The notes under the pieces: generated by a model | Seen by the model: only the letters and a program-made list of their open reading frames with translations | Database searches by the model: none | What the model was told of the DNA's origin: nothing | DNA from: Azolla caroliniana | Taxonomy: Eukaryota > Plantae > Polypodiophyta | Direction: 5' to 3' | Assembly (NCBI GenBank): GCA_043228905.1 | Contig: JBHGNT010000011.1 | Coordinates: 13,082,001-13,146,000 of the forward strand | DNA length: 64,000 bases | Program-made: the position numbers and the translations under genes | Shown: positions 51,997 through 64,000 of the stretch, piece by piece | Layout: each line of letters starts with the position of its first letter | How positions within the stretch are numbered: position 1 is the stretch's first letter

Positions 51997-54900
51997 ATGT
52001 ACCCGGAGAGAGATCCGGATGCGGAGACATATTTGGGAATATGTTTGCCAAGAGCCCTTGAGGCTATATTTGTAAATAGCCCGAAAGTCATATGTGTATA
52101 AATATGACTTAGGGCAAACAGTTAAGTTGTTGCTACTTATTTTTTTCTGTTTTTCCACTCAAGAGGAGTGAAGAGTGAGCAGCCGTGAGAGAGAGAGAGA
52201 GAGAGATAGAGCGCGAGAGAGGAAGAGGTAGACGCCTCTGTGTATTTCCGCCGCCTGTGGCGAGGACAGCGAGCTCAAGGTCGTCGCCTTGCAGCTCGCC
52301 ATTGTATACTTCTCTGTATAGTGTTGGCTTGGAGTCTTGTACTCCCGTGGTTTTTCCCGTCTAGGGTTTTCCACGTTAATCCCTGTGTGCTCGCGTTTTT
52401 TGTTTCTCTTTGTGGTTCCTATTTTCTGCTCCACTGATTCGCGCTTACTCGGTTGTGGCCGAGTGGTGAAGGTGAATAGAAGCGTCTATTCCTTACATCT
52501 TGGACCCGCTTCTCCGCGCGGTCCGCCTCGTCTTTCCTTAGTCGGGCACCAGCGAGGCCTTCCAGCATCGTCGGCCAGAACCCGGCTTTGCTCTCCTTCC
52601 AGGCCTCGCTGCCTCCGACCTGAATATCGGCTGATGCCGAGTAGTGGACGGTCTCTGCGTGTCGGGCCGCCGCCTCTTCCATCAGCCTTTTCATTCCTCC
52701 TCGCCCGTCGTTTCGGTTCAGGGTCCTCCGGGTATCGCTGGCATGCACCCGACGTTCCCACAAGTACACTACTCGGCTTCTCAAAGCCTCCACAAAGTCC
52801 CCGCAGTCTTTCCGGATGTGGCCGACCTCGTCGCACCACATGCACCTATTTCCTGCCGGAGGCCGTCGGTCACGAGCCTGTTCGCCGCCTTCCCTCCGAG
52901 CCTAGGCGATCTGGAGATCCTTTACCGCCTGTGTCAACTCCTCCAAAGCTGTTCCCCCGGACGAGCCTCTGACCATGCCGGTAGAAGCCGAACCGGTTTC
53001 GAGCCACTCCCGGGTCTCTTCCCTTCCCGCCTGTGGTATCGGTTCGAGCTTCCTTGTTGCGACAGGACCCGCCCCGGTCGCCCCTGTATCAGCCCCACAA
53101 ATTCTTTTTACCGCGGCCCAGTCGGCCGTCAGCCCGTCTTCGGTTTCCAGTAAGGAGCCCACTTGCTCCCGATCCCGTGCGTCAACCGATTTGACAAACA
53201 GTAGGACACGACTTGTGTCCAGAATGGTCCAATCGAGTGCCGAAAGGCGCGCAAAGCGTTCCTCAAACTCCCGGAGGAGTACTGACGCATTTCTTCCTTT
53301 GTTGGGGGACTCCACCCACTCCATGAAGCCCCGCTTCGAAAGCCGAAGCGCGTCATCCAGCCCATATTTCTCCAGGAGCCATACTTCGAACTCCTCCCAG
53401 GTCCGGCTTTCCGCCCGGACCTCGAGCACCTCCGCATGGATGCCAGGCATCGCCACTCGAGGGAATTTGGCAAGACGCCTCTCTTCCGGAATATCCCTCA
53501 TCAACATCTCCGCCCGGTAGGACGCCAAATAACTCGTGGCATCCTTTCCACTAAACCAGTCGATCGTACCGACGATCGCCTCAATAGCCCTGTCAAGGGA
53601 GCCGATGCCCTCGCGCGCGTTCACTATCTGGTCCACGGCCGAAGCCATGGCCTCTGCAAGATCCGACCCCCTCATCTTCTGCTCCTCTGCCGCCTTGTTC
53701 ACGTCGGGTTCACCAAAGATGTCGCATTACTACGCGCGTGCGTGGAGAAACGAGGCGGGACCACCGGGGTCTTGAACCAAAGAGCAGGTGATAGAAAGGG
53801 AAAGAGAAAGAGAGAGACGCTCGGTTACGTATGAGCAAAGAAACACAGGGACACGGCCCTATCAACGCAGAAGACATGAATGGACACAGAGACAGAGAGA
53901 CACGAATGTTTGTATATTAAAGAATGACAAATAAACAATAGAGCACGCGAGCGGTTACAACCGAACAGGCCGGCGAACAGATGCCGATGCCTGCTGGTCT
54001 GCGCACGAAAGGGGATAGGATGGAGGTGCTGCCGGAAGCACACGGGCGTTCCTCGAAGCAGCGCGAGCCTCCCGAAAACCTGCAAAGAAGAGCGATGGAG
54101 AACGAACACAGGAGAAGCGTTCGGTTTCGGTCCGACAGCAGTTCGTCCTCCTCAATAAAATTCCTCTCCTTTCTCCCCGCGTCTCCCTCTCTTTTATAGC
54201 TTCAAGAAGGGAGCCGTTTCCCTCATTAACTTCCTACCTACCGAATCTAACTACCTAGGATATACCTTTGTACCTAATTCTCTATTATATACATTAAAGG
54301 GCGCGCACGTGTGAAGAGCCGGTTCATGCGCGCTATGCACCGATTACGCTATGGGACGGTTTTCTTCACGACAACGTATGCGGACGCTGGACGATCACCT
54401 TGACGTAATCGTCGGATTTTGTTGATTGCTGTCCTTACGCTATCAGTATATCCAAAACAGGCTTTAAGCTCACTTAAAAACTCTTCAACGAAGATTCCTT
54501 TTCTAACAACGGAGCGAACCATGCCAAAGTTGAGCCACTTAACAACGTGCCTACTAGACCCAATCGTGATGCATCGGTGGGATATCAGGAAGGATGAATT
54601 TGAATGACTAATCGTACATAATTAAGGAATCCTCTAAACTGTGATCACGTTCCATCAAATTTCATAGGATTGCGTACTTGGTCCTTGTTGTTGTAACGCT
54701 ACAATGGTCGCTTCGAGTTGTTGCACGCTGTCGTGAAGATTTTCGTCCACGAGCAGAAACCCGAGCAACGAGAGCCAAAGAGCGATGTGCAACGTTGCAC
54801 ATGTACATAATGTATATGTAATAATAATAGGGGAAAAGGGTATGGTGCTAGAAATGCCCCATAAGATCCCTAAGGTATAAAGGCGATGTGGTCTTGTGCG

Positions 54901-55468
54901 CACATCCACGCGCGAGAGAGAGAGAGGTACTATGCGGTACATAGGTACCTAGTTGTTTGTGAGGAGGTGGGAGTTAAGGGGCCATCAATCTCACCCTCCC
55001 CAAATCAAGGCAAATATCCCCTTTGAATGAAAGGGTATATTTTAGTCTCGTTTTTGTAAACGGCCTTCCCTCCTTGTGCTATAAAAGGAGAGGGAAGGCA
55101 CCATTGTGAGGGTTGCCTATTTTGAGTGTGCGAGGTATACCACATAGGCCGAGCGTTAGGGTTAGGGTTAGGGTTTCTTTGTCTTTTTTTTCTTCATCTT
55201 CGTCGGTTAGGGTTTCGAGTAGTCGTTTGGTGCGGCCTACGCGGCCACCATTTTGTAATCATTCACTTTGTTTTTATATATCTTGTTGATAATCTTGTCT
55301 CCATCTTCCTCTTGTTCGATCTAATCTCTTGTTCATTCTTCTTCTTCTTGAGCCAAGCTTCCAATCCATGTCCGACTCCTTCTCCTCTACTCCTTAGTCC
55401 AAGACCCCCGTGGTCCCGCCCTTCTCCATGCACACGTGTAGCAACGCGACATATTTGTTGAACCCGAC

Positions 55469-58400
55469 GTGAAGAGGCGGCAAGGGAGGAAGGAGATGGA
55501 AGCCGGAAACATCGCGGAAGTAATTACGAGAATGGCAAGGGATTTCGCAAGAAGGAGAGAAAGACGGGAAGAGGCGTACAAGTACGATCGACGTGAGTTT
55601 GATCTATGGGTGTCGTCGGCAAAGGCTCCTGGAAGCGCAATGAAGGCATTCTGGGAGTTCGATCTCCGGTTTTCCCAACTTTTGGTCCGGGATCAAGAAT
55701 CGGTGGGGGCGGACAAGGTCCCACTATTCTTGAAGTCGGTCAACGAAAGGGGGAGAATGGCCATTTTTCCCTACCTCAAAGACAATGAAGGGGCGTACGG
55801 CCTCACCGAAGATTGGAACGAGGTGGAATGGGCGTGCATACAATGCGATGAGAGGTGGTCAGCCACAACGCGGCCCGCGAGCGGCGGAGAAGAGAGAGCG
55901 ACGACCGACTACGCACTACCGCCGGAAGAGAGCTCAACGCAAATCGGTTCGGAGGAGCTCGACATCGAAGCCTTGGTGCGGGAAGCGTACGAGATCGTAG
56001 AGGCACAAATCGAAGCCGAAAAAGGGCTTATTGCGGAGTCGGGGCCGAGCGGATCGGAGGATGAAGAGGCCGAAAGAGAATAGTACATCGGTACCACGGG
56101 AGAGGGTGCGGAGCGAGCCACCCTCTCGACATGCGGAGAAAGATCGACCAAGGACGAGGTCGGGGACGGTGAGGCGGCGATCGCCGGTTCGAGCGAACAT
56201 GAGGGAGTTCGAGCATGGAGGCCCGAAACATCGAGCGGGGAGAAGACGGGCGGTGGTGCCGGGACCTTACGCACACTGGGCCTAGAGACTCTGGCAACCG
56301 GTCCGAGAGCCGGTGTGAGACCTAGACTGATGGGTGGTGGCAGCGGCAAGGCGGGCGTCCACGATGGTGACATGGGAGAGGGTGCGGAAAGAGCGACCCT
56401 CTCGTCTTGCGGCGAATGGACGGCCATGGAGGCCGGTAACTACGGATTCGGGACATGGCGGCCCGAAACATCGAGCGAGGAGGAGACAAGCGGCGGTGCC
56501 GTGACCTTACACACATCGGCCCTAGAGGCACCGGCGGTCGGCCTGATTGCCGGTGTAAGACCTAGAGCAACGGGCGGTGGTGGCGGCAAGGCGGGCAACC
56601 GAGACAACGGTAAGGAGATCGTGGAAGAGGAGGCGGCAAGCATAATTGATGCTTGCATATACAGAGGCGGGGTAGCCACGGACGACGATGTCCGAATGGA
56701 GGTGGCTACGGGCATAGCATTGACGAGCGGCGGCGTTGCTACCTTACACGCACCGGTTCAAGAGACCCCGGCGGCCGGCCCGAGTGCCTACGTGAGACCT
56801 AGGGTAACGAACGGTGGCGGCGGCAAGGCGGGCGACCACGGCGACGATGTGGGAGAGGGTGCGGAGTGAGCGACCCTCTCGACTTGTGGAAAGAGGACGG
56901 CCACGGATGAGGCCGATATCTACGGAGCAATGGACGCCACCTCGAGTGTGGGCGAAAGTTTTGGGACGCGGTTGCCCGAAACGTTCTACGAGGATTTCAC
57001 GAGCATACTCGAGGCTTGCGAAATCAAGGAAGAAGAGGAGACGAGCGGCGGTGCCGCGACCTTCCACACACCGGTCCTAGAGACTCCGGCAACCGGCCCG
57101 AGAGCCGGTGTGAGACCTAGAGAGACGGACGGTGGTGGCGGCAAGGCGGGCAACCAAAATGACGAACAGGAGGTTTGTAGCGGATGGAGGCGAGATCCCT
57201 CGACACCGGGGCCAGAGACTTCGGCGGTTGCGCCCGAGCGCGGACATAAGACTGGAGAGATGGGCGGTGGCCGTGAGGATGAGAGGCCTGGAGTGGGCAC
57301 GTGCAAAAGGACCGAAGGAGAGGTCCAGAGCGGCATCGAGGAGCGAGTCAGGAACCGACCCGACCGAAAGATGAGCGAGGCGGAGCGGAAGAAGAGTGAA
57401 GCGGGGTCCGGTCAACTGGGCCCAAACCGAAGAAGAACCGGCAAGGCCGGATTTGCGCGGACAAACATGTACCGACTGGTTACGATTACGGAAGGGAGCC
57501 GACCAAACCGGAACTCGATCGGCCGAGACCGATGCGAGCGAAGGCTAAGTCAGCATGACTGGAGATCGGGGAGGACGGGTCACAACATGCGACGATAGCC
57601 GGTGAGCGTACTGAGGAGGCCTAGTGGGCACGGTGATCACGGCTTTCTAGAAGACCGAGAGCGAGAGGGACCTTCCACACCCATTCTAGAGACTTCGGCG
57701 GTTTCGGATCAACGTGAGACCGGAGAGACGGTGTGTGGCGACGAGGAGTCGGAGGCCGAAGCAGACAAAGTTATCGGAGCGGGTATCCGGTATGAGATGA
57801 TGGACGAGCGGGTCCAAGATGGCGAGCCCGGGTTGGAACGGGCTACGGTGACAAAGGAAGAAGTGGCCAACGCGGAGGTCGGGTCTACGGCGAATGAAGC
57901 GCGTAACACGAAGCATGCATTACGGTCGGTGAAGGGCCCAAGAACGAGCATGCATCCGAGAGAGCGTCAACGAGGGATTGGAAACGGTGGACCGATTGAG
58001 CCTTTGAGAGGCGAAGACTCGGTGGTGCACCGAGAGTGGGAGGAACCCTCCACACCTACCCGTGAGGCATTGACGGTCGCGGATCGAAAGGAGAACGAAG
58101 AAACGGTGGGTGGCGGCGAGGAGTTGGAGACTGACGCGGAGGTCGGGTCTACGGCGGAAGCGCGACACGAGACGCATGCAATACGGCCGGTGGAGGGCCA
58201 AGACACAAGCATGCATACGGCGGATGGGCGACAACGATTGACCGACAATGACGGTCGGGTCAAGCCTTCGAGAGGCAAGCGCGGGACGAAGGACGGCGCG
58301 GCGAAACACCAAGACCAACGACATGGGCCGAGCGCGATCGGCACGAGCGGAGAGTCATGTCTAGGAAAACGGAGGAGGTGCGTGGAGAACGGAGGGCTAC

Positions 58401-58483
58401 GCACGGGAAGAGAAAACGCGGTGTCCCGAAGGACATGCGAGGCCAATCGGGCCAAGAGGGCGTGGGTCGAGGCGAAGCGGTAA
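55469..58483 (+). pseudogene. Gag-like N-terminus fused to a repeat-rich low-complexity region, about 1000 codons with three stops
   Basis: ORFs 55469, 56315, 56930 and 57602 are in one frame; the N-terminus aligns by eye with G gag (LFLKSV/LFVKSV, GLTEDW/GLTADW). Confidence 0.65.
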
Positions 58484-58931
58484 CGAGAGCCACGAAGAAG
58501 GATGGGGTGATGACACGCTCTACCGCGAGAGAGCACGGCGAACAACGGGGAAAGCCTACGGAAGGCAAGCGCGGAGCGGAGAGAGTCAGCACGCCGAGGT
58601 GCGCGGCACGCAAAGGGCGGAATCCGGCATGCGAACGGGAACGCATCCGGAGGATATATGAGGCGGACAAAGGAAGAGCAACCGGGTTGGCGACGACGTT
58701 CGGGAGGACCGAACGGGGAGGAAAGCACGGGCATCGGATACGGCGGGTCGGATGTAGTCGGTGGTTCAAGGACCCACGGTGGACATGGTGGATCGGGTGG
58801 AGGCAACGACTCGGTGAACATCGTCGAGTGTGGCAGATCGGATGACGCCGACGGTTCGAGACGATTCGGCGAGGATGGTGGACCGGAAGGCGGCGGTGGT
58901 TCGTGTGGACGGGGTGGTCTTGCTCGAAGTG

Positions 58932-59202
58932 GAAGACAAAACCGGGCGGGCCCACGAGGACGCTAAGGACTCGGCCGGTCGTCGTGGCCGAAAATCTCAT
59001 GTTCTCTCCCCTATGTTTTGGCACATACTGGTGGATGTGCGGTTAGGTGGGGGGCGAATGTCGTGAAGACAAAACCGGGCGGGCCCACGAGGACGCTAAG
59101 GACTCGGCCGGTCGTCGTGGCCGAAAATCTCGTGTTCTCTCCCCTATGTTTTGGCACATACTGGTGGATGTGCGGTTAGGTGGGGGGTGAATGTCGTGAA
59201 GA
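58932..59202 (+). repeat. 133-bp tandem duplication of the PPT and LTR start of H
   Basis: TGTCGTGAAGA at both 59059 and 59192. Confidence 0.9.
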
Positions 59203-60597
59203 TTTTCGTCCACGAGTGGAAACCCGAGCAACGAGAGCCAAAGAGCGATGTGCAACGTTGCACACGTACATAATGTATATGTAATAATAATAGGGGAAAA
59301 GGGTATGGTGCTAGAAATGCCCCATAAGATCCCTAAGGTATAAAGGCGATGTGGTCTTGTGCGCACATCCACGCGCGAGAGAGCGAGAGGTACTATGCGG
59401 TACATAGGTACCTAGTTGTTTGTGAGGAGGTGGGAGTTAAGGGGCCATCAATCTCACCCTCCCCAAATCAAGGCAAATATCCCCTTTCAATGAAAGGGGA
59501 TATTTTAGTCTCGTTTTTGTAAACGGTCTTCCCTCCTTGTGCTATAAAAGGAGAGGGAAGGCACCATTGTGAGGGTTGCCTATTTTGAGTGTGCGAGGTA
59601 TACCACATAGGCCGAGCGTTAGGGTTAGGGTTAGGGTTTCTTTGTCTTTTTTTTCTTCATCTTCGTCGGTTAGGGTTTCGAGTAGTCGTTTGGTGCGGCC
59701 TACGCGGCCACCATTTTGTAATCGTTCACTTCGTTTTTATATATCTTGTTGATAATCTTGTCTCCATCTTCCTCTTGTTCGATCTAATCTCTTGTTCATT
59801 CTTCTTCTTCTTGAGCCAAGCTTCCATTCCATGTCCGACTCCTTCTCCTCTACTCCTTAGTCCAAGACCCCTGTGGTCCCGCCCTTCTCCACGCATGCGC
59901 GTAGCAACGCGACAACGCGTAACGCTCGTTCCCTATGTTGTTGTTGCGTCTGCTGCTTCTCTAAGGAGATTTGTTGAAGCTCCCCCAACAGTTGTTGATT
60001 TTCTTTTTCCAATGCGAGAAATTTCTCTTTCAAGCATTGCAACTCCGAGAAAACGGATTGATATTCTTGAGCGCTAATAATGGCCATAGTATGACGGAAA
60101 AGAGGAATAACAGATTAGTATGAAGGGAGGGAGAAGTAAGAAGATAAAAGGAAGAGGAGGAAGGAGACAAAATCGGTTCAAATTGTCAGGAACAATACTA
60201 AGACAGAGAAGTACTGTCAGGAACAATACTAAGATAGAGAAGGAATTAGTACTAAAAGATGAGGATTAGTACTGAGCGAGGTGTAGAACTCTCAATAGAA
60301 GAAAAGAGTGAGTGTGTGTGAGGGAGAGAATGATGATAACAAAAGATATACATTATGTGAAGAGAATATACAGTAGTAGCTAGGAGGCTTAAGACTGGCG
60401 TTGAACTGATTTGGTTCGAAATAATGCCTTGTGCCTCCTTTTATAGTGTCCCTAGGAGTACTCCTGAAGTTTCTAGAATGTTCCAAAGAAATCTGGAATA
60501 TACATCAATTTTCTATAGTAAAACTTAAATGAAAATAATATCCTTCGTATGACAATGTATAGTCTAATGGTCAAGAACTCGAACCATGTTAGATAAG

Positions 60598-63500
60598 TGT
60601 TGAGCGAGCAAGCTCAACCGGATTTGGATCGACATCCGAAAGGATGAGCCGGATTGGTATCCGGAAACAACCGGACGGATCGGGGAGACGGATCAGAGAG
60701 TTGGATTCGAGTGGGAACCGGAAGCCTAGTAGTAGCCTAAACTACTAGGTAATCATTGTCTCGTAGTTAGTGTCAGTCACACATAGGAATATTGAAGTAC
60801 TTGTCAGTACTTCTGTTAGTCCTCTTTGGACTTGTATAAATGGTGATGTTTAGCATGTTGTATGTACAGAGTTACAAAGTATTTTCAATTTTTGAATCTA
60901 CGCTTACGTTCAACTGTCTCTGTCTCTCCCATGTATACTCTTTTGTATACTAAGCTTCTCCATTAAACCTTCATCTTATTCTCTGTTGCTATCCGGCTGA
61001 GCCGGTTCTATCTAACGCTTTCGCACATTTACATTGACATGGTATCAGAGCATGAGGGTTGAGAACCTCTACAACCGATAGACGCTTTCGAAGACAAACC
61101 CTAATACCTAGTAAGGACAGATAGAGAAAGATATGGACAGAGGTATGGCGAGTTCACTTCTCACAGAGAAGCTCGACCGGATCAACTACACGTCTTGGTC
61201 ATATAAAATGCACCAGTACCTGTTGGGGCATGGATATTGGAGCTTTGTGGAAGGAACGAACAAAGTAGTGCCGGAGCCGACACACAATGACTTCCCGGTT
61301 TGGGAGCAAGGAGTGAGCCGAGTATTGTACTGCCTCGCGTCCTGTGTGCACGACCAGATGCTTGGCTACATAAAGGATGCAAAAACGTCGAAGGAGGCCT
61401 GGGGAAATCTGAGAAAGATTTTCACTGCGAGTACCACAACCCGCAAGTTGCAGCTCCGGCAAGAGCTGAACAACATCCGGCAAAGAGACATGTCGGTTAT
61501 GGACTACACCACCAAGATAAAGAAGATTTGCAATGCACTCGGGTCCATCAATGTGACAGTGGACGAAGATGAGATGGTACAAATCTGCCTCGATGGTCTA
61601 GCGCAATGGTACGGGCCAATCCGGACAACGATCCGCACCTGGGAGAAACCACTGTCTTTCTTCAACTTGCAATCGATGCAGATGGTCGAAGAAAACCACG
61701 CGAGTGGGTCAAGGACCACTCAATCGGATGGCCAGATGCTATATACGGAGATAGATCGGCCCCATGGACGTGGTGGATGAGGTGGGTCAGCACGCAATGG
61801 AGGTAGTCGACAAGAGCAGGACCTGAGGCATAGAGGTAGTGCAGATAGCAGTTTCGGCGTTGGGAACCGGCAAGGAAAGGCTGACACGGAATGCTAGTAC
61901 TGTGTCAAAAAGGGCCACAAGGCAAGAGAGTGCTGGAAGAAGTGCGCCAATTCGGACAAATCTGGATCCAGCAAAACCGATCGAGAGAATCGACAAAGCT
62001 CGCACTACGCGGAAGGATTGGATGGACCCGGAACCGGGAAAACTGGTAAAGGGCTAATCTTCATGATGAAGCACAAGGCTAACTCGATTAAGAAGACTAC
62101 TTCCAAATAGGAGGAAGTATGGTACGTTGATTCTGGGGCATCCAACCACATGAGGAGCCATGAAGAGTGGTTCTCTTTTTTGGAGAAACCGGAACAACCG
62201 GGGATTGTTGAAACCGGAGACGACACCCCTCACCCGATTGTGCATGTCGGAGAAGTCACTTTAAGCCATGTCAGACAAAAGGGGAAGCTAATGAACGTAC
62301 TACACGTTCCGACTATCACAAAGAACCTGGTGTCAGTTGGACAAATCGTCAACCAGGGGATGCAGGTGTGGTTTACACACCTAGGGTGCTTGATCGAGGA
62401 AGAAGGCTGGATAATTGCGCAAGGGCATAGAGAAGGGAGGATGTTCATCCTCAACACCAATGGTGTTGGCATCGCCATATTTGCCAAAGGGCAGAAGGTC
62501 GAGTCGGACATCGACCTGTGGCACAAGCGGATCGGCCACGTCAACTACCGGAGGCTTCAGGACTTGCAATTGAAACAAGTTGATTTCGGTTTGCTGAAAT
62601 TTAGTGGTCGGAAGGCCGAAATTTGTGAAGCCTACCAACTTGGGAAGCAACACCGACTTACATTCCCCACTGAACGAAACCGGAGCCATAACAAGCTTGA
62701 TCTAATACATTCGAATGTATGGGGACTGGAACGTTAGTCTTGGCGGGAGTCGATACTTCATCTCCTTCATCGACGACTACAGCCGGCACACGTGGATCTA
62801 TCTCATTGAACGGAAGAGCAAAGTCTTCGAATGTTTCCGGAACTTGCAAAGCTTAGTTGAACGGGAAACAAAGAGGAAGGTCAAGTGCTTGTGGTTGGAT
62901 GGCAAAAAAGAATACTTTTCCGGCCAATTCTGCAACAGAACGAAATTCGGAGAGAATTCAGCTGCAGATACATTCCGGAGCAAAACAGTGTGGCCGAAAG
63001 GAAGAACCGGTGGATTGTCGACGCGGCAAGGGCAATGCTAGAGGAGAAGAGCATGCCCCAATTCTACTGGGCTGAGGTGGTCCGGACGACCGTCTACATC
63101 CAAAACCGGATAGGAGACAAGGTGTCATCACATGAGCTGTATTTCGGGCGGAAGCCGAATTTGAGACACCTTCGAATATTCGGTAGCATAGCATATGTGC
63201 ATGTACTAGATGAGAAACAGAACAAGCTAGATCCGAAGTTGGAGAAATGCATCCTAGTCGGCTACTCGTATGAGCAGAAGGGGTATAAGTGCTATAATCC
63301 CCGGATTAAGTAGGTCCAAGTAAGCCGAGATGTCGAGTTTGATGAGACGGCATCATGGTACTCCTTACCGACTCCAACTCCCGACGAAGACCTGATTCTA
63401 GAAGATGAGGCTAGTGAGCCCAAGGAGGTCCAGGTAGAAGATGAAGACTTCGGCACTCTAGAAGAGAGTTCGATCTCATTCCGGCTTAGTGGACCGAATG

Positions 63501-64000
63501 AGCGGCTGAGTCGAGATGACCAGTCGGATGAAGAACCGACGAGTAGTGGAGACTCTGCCGTGCTCTCCTTGCGCAAGGAACCGAGGAGACGGTTCACGCG
63601 CAAAGAGAAGGGGAAGAAGAAGATGCCGGAATACGAAACCAACAACATTGAGTCGGATCGGAGCGACTATGACTCCGGAAAGGATGAAGGCGGATCTTCG
63701 GGAACGAAGTCTGAACCGACCAAGAAGGGCCCCAAACTGGGTGATGACAAGTTATGCCGGTCTTCCCGCTAGAAGAACCCCGTTACGCGGTATGGGTACA
63801 ATGAGTACATGGCGCATCACTATGTGTACATGATCAAAGTGGTGGAGAACTACACAGAAGTGCGTGAGCCGGAGAGCTACGCTTGGCGTGCCACTATGGA
63901 AGAAGAAATGCGGGCAGTCAATGCCAATGACACATGGGACCTCGTCGACCCTCCTCGACATTGTAAACCGATAGGTTGCAAATGGGTGTACAAGGTAAAG
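60598..64000 (+). mobile_element. Element N: decayed Copia (A-related) running off the window
   Basis: LTR at 60598-61039; PBS TGGTATCAGAGC at 61040; gag at 61133; protease, integrase and RT start with stops and frameshifts. Confidence 0.92.

Larger units (their letters stand above)
46815..52497 (+). mobile_element. Element I: young full-length Ty1/Copia
   Basis: LTRs at 46815-47576 and 51690-52497; PBS TGGTATCAGAGC at 47580; PPT GAAGGGGGAG; perfect TSD TCTTG. Confidence 0.97.
43177..53702 (-). pseudogene. gag-protease and pol of G, interrupted by element I
   Basis: gag WFSGKDAT; knuckle CMWCDEVGHIRKDC; protease LVDHGSEINL; RNase H TVDTSPTGIG; integrase HHCC, YNPEANGKVERGH, GPY; no YxDD motif. 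Confidence 0.88.
42531..54373 (-). mobile_element. Element G: non-chromoviral Ty3/Gypsy, tRNA-Trp primed, RT largely deleted
   Basis: 654-bp LTRs at 42531-43184 and 53720-54373; PBS TGGTGAACCCGACGTGAA at 53698-53715; 4-bp TSD GCGT/ACGT. Confidence 0.93.
54729..59914 (+). mobile_element. Element H: non-autonomous Gypsy related to G (no pol)
   Basis: 723-bp LTRs at 54729-55451 and 59192-59914; Trp-type PBS at 55456; perfect 4-bp TSD ACGC; PPT region similar to G. Confidence 0.92.
54374..60597 (-). mobile_element. 5' part of element F (LTR 60184-60597 and gag fragments), split by H, G and L
   Basis: gag MAIISAQEYQSVFSEL at 60087; INKIRRLRQGDRPASAY at 54378-54430; continues at 42411-42530 with LRNDVKDLLLTF; LTR interrupted by N. 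Confidence 0.85.

Noticed and set aside
57967-59024. Long antisense ORFs in H as env-like or accessory genes
   Set aside because: No transmembrane segment or motif; expected from the high GC content.

Overview
The window is a plant-type heterochromatic nest of LTR retrotransposons with no recognisable host gene; the element mix suggests a non-seed land plant, which is an inference. About 20 insertions were resolved from LTR pairs, PBS/PPT sites and target-site duplications (TSDs). They include two Ty1/Copia families primed by tRNA-iMet, chromodomain Ty3/Gypsy elements (Tf1/sushi/Tcn1-like), a tRNA-Trp-primed Gypsy lineage with a non-autonomous partner, many solo LTRs and a TA-flanked TIR element. 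All polyproteins are disrupted. The main findings are: (1) insertions with TGTCG termini have 4-bp TSDs centred on CpG; (2) tRNA-like A/B-box cassettes sit antisense in U3 of two Gypsy LTR lineages; (3) the chromoviruses show Tf1-type self-priming, heat-shock elements and a -1 frameshift pseudoknot; (4) a pol-less element carries a Gag fused to a long repeat-rich ORF; (5) several repair and conversion scars are readable. Coordinates were read by eye and may be off by a few bases. Element letters A-N are my own labels.
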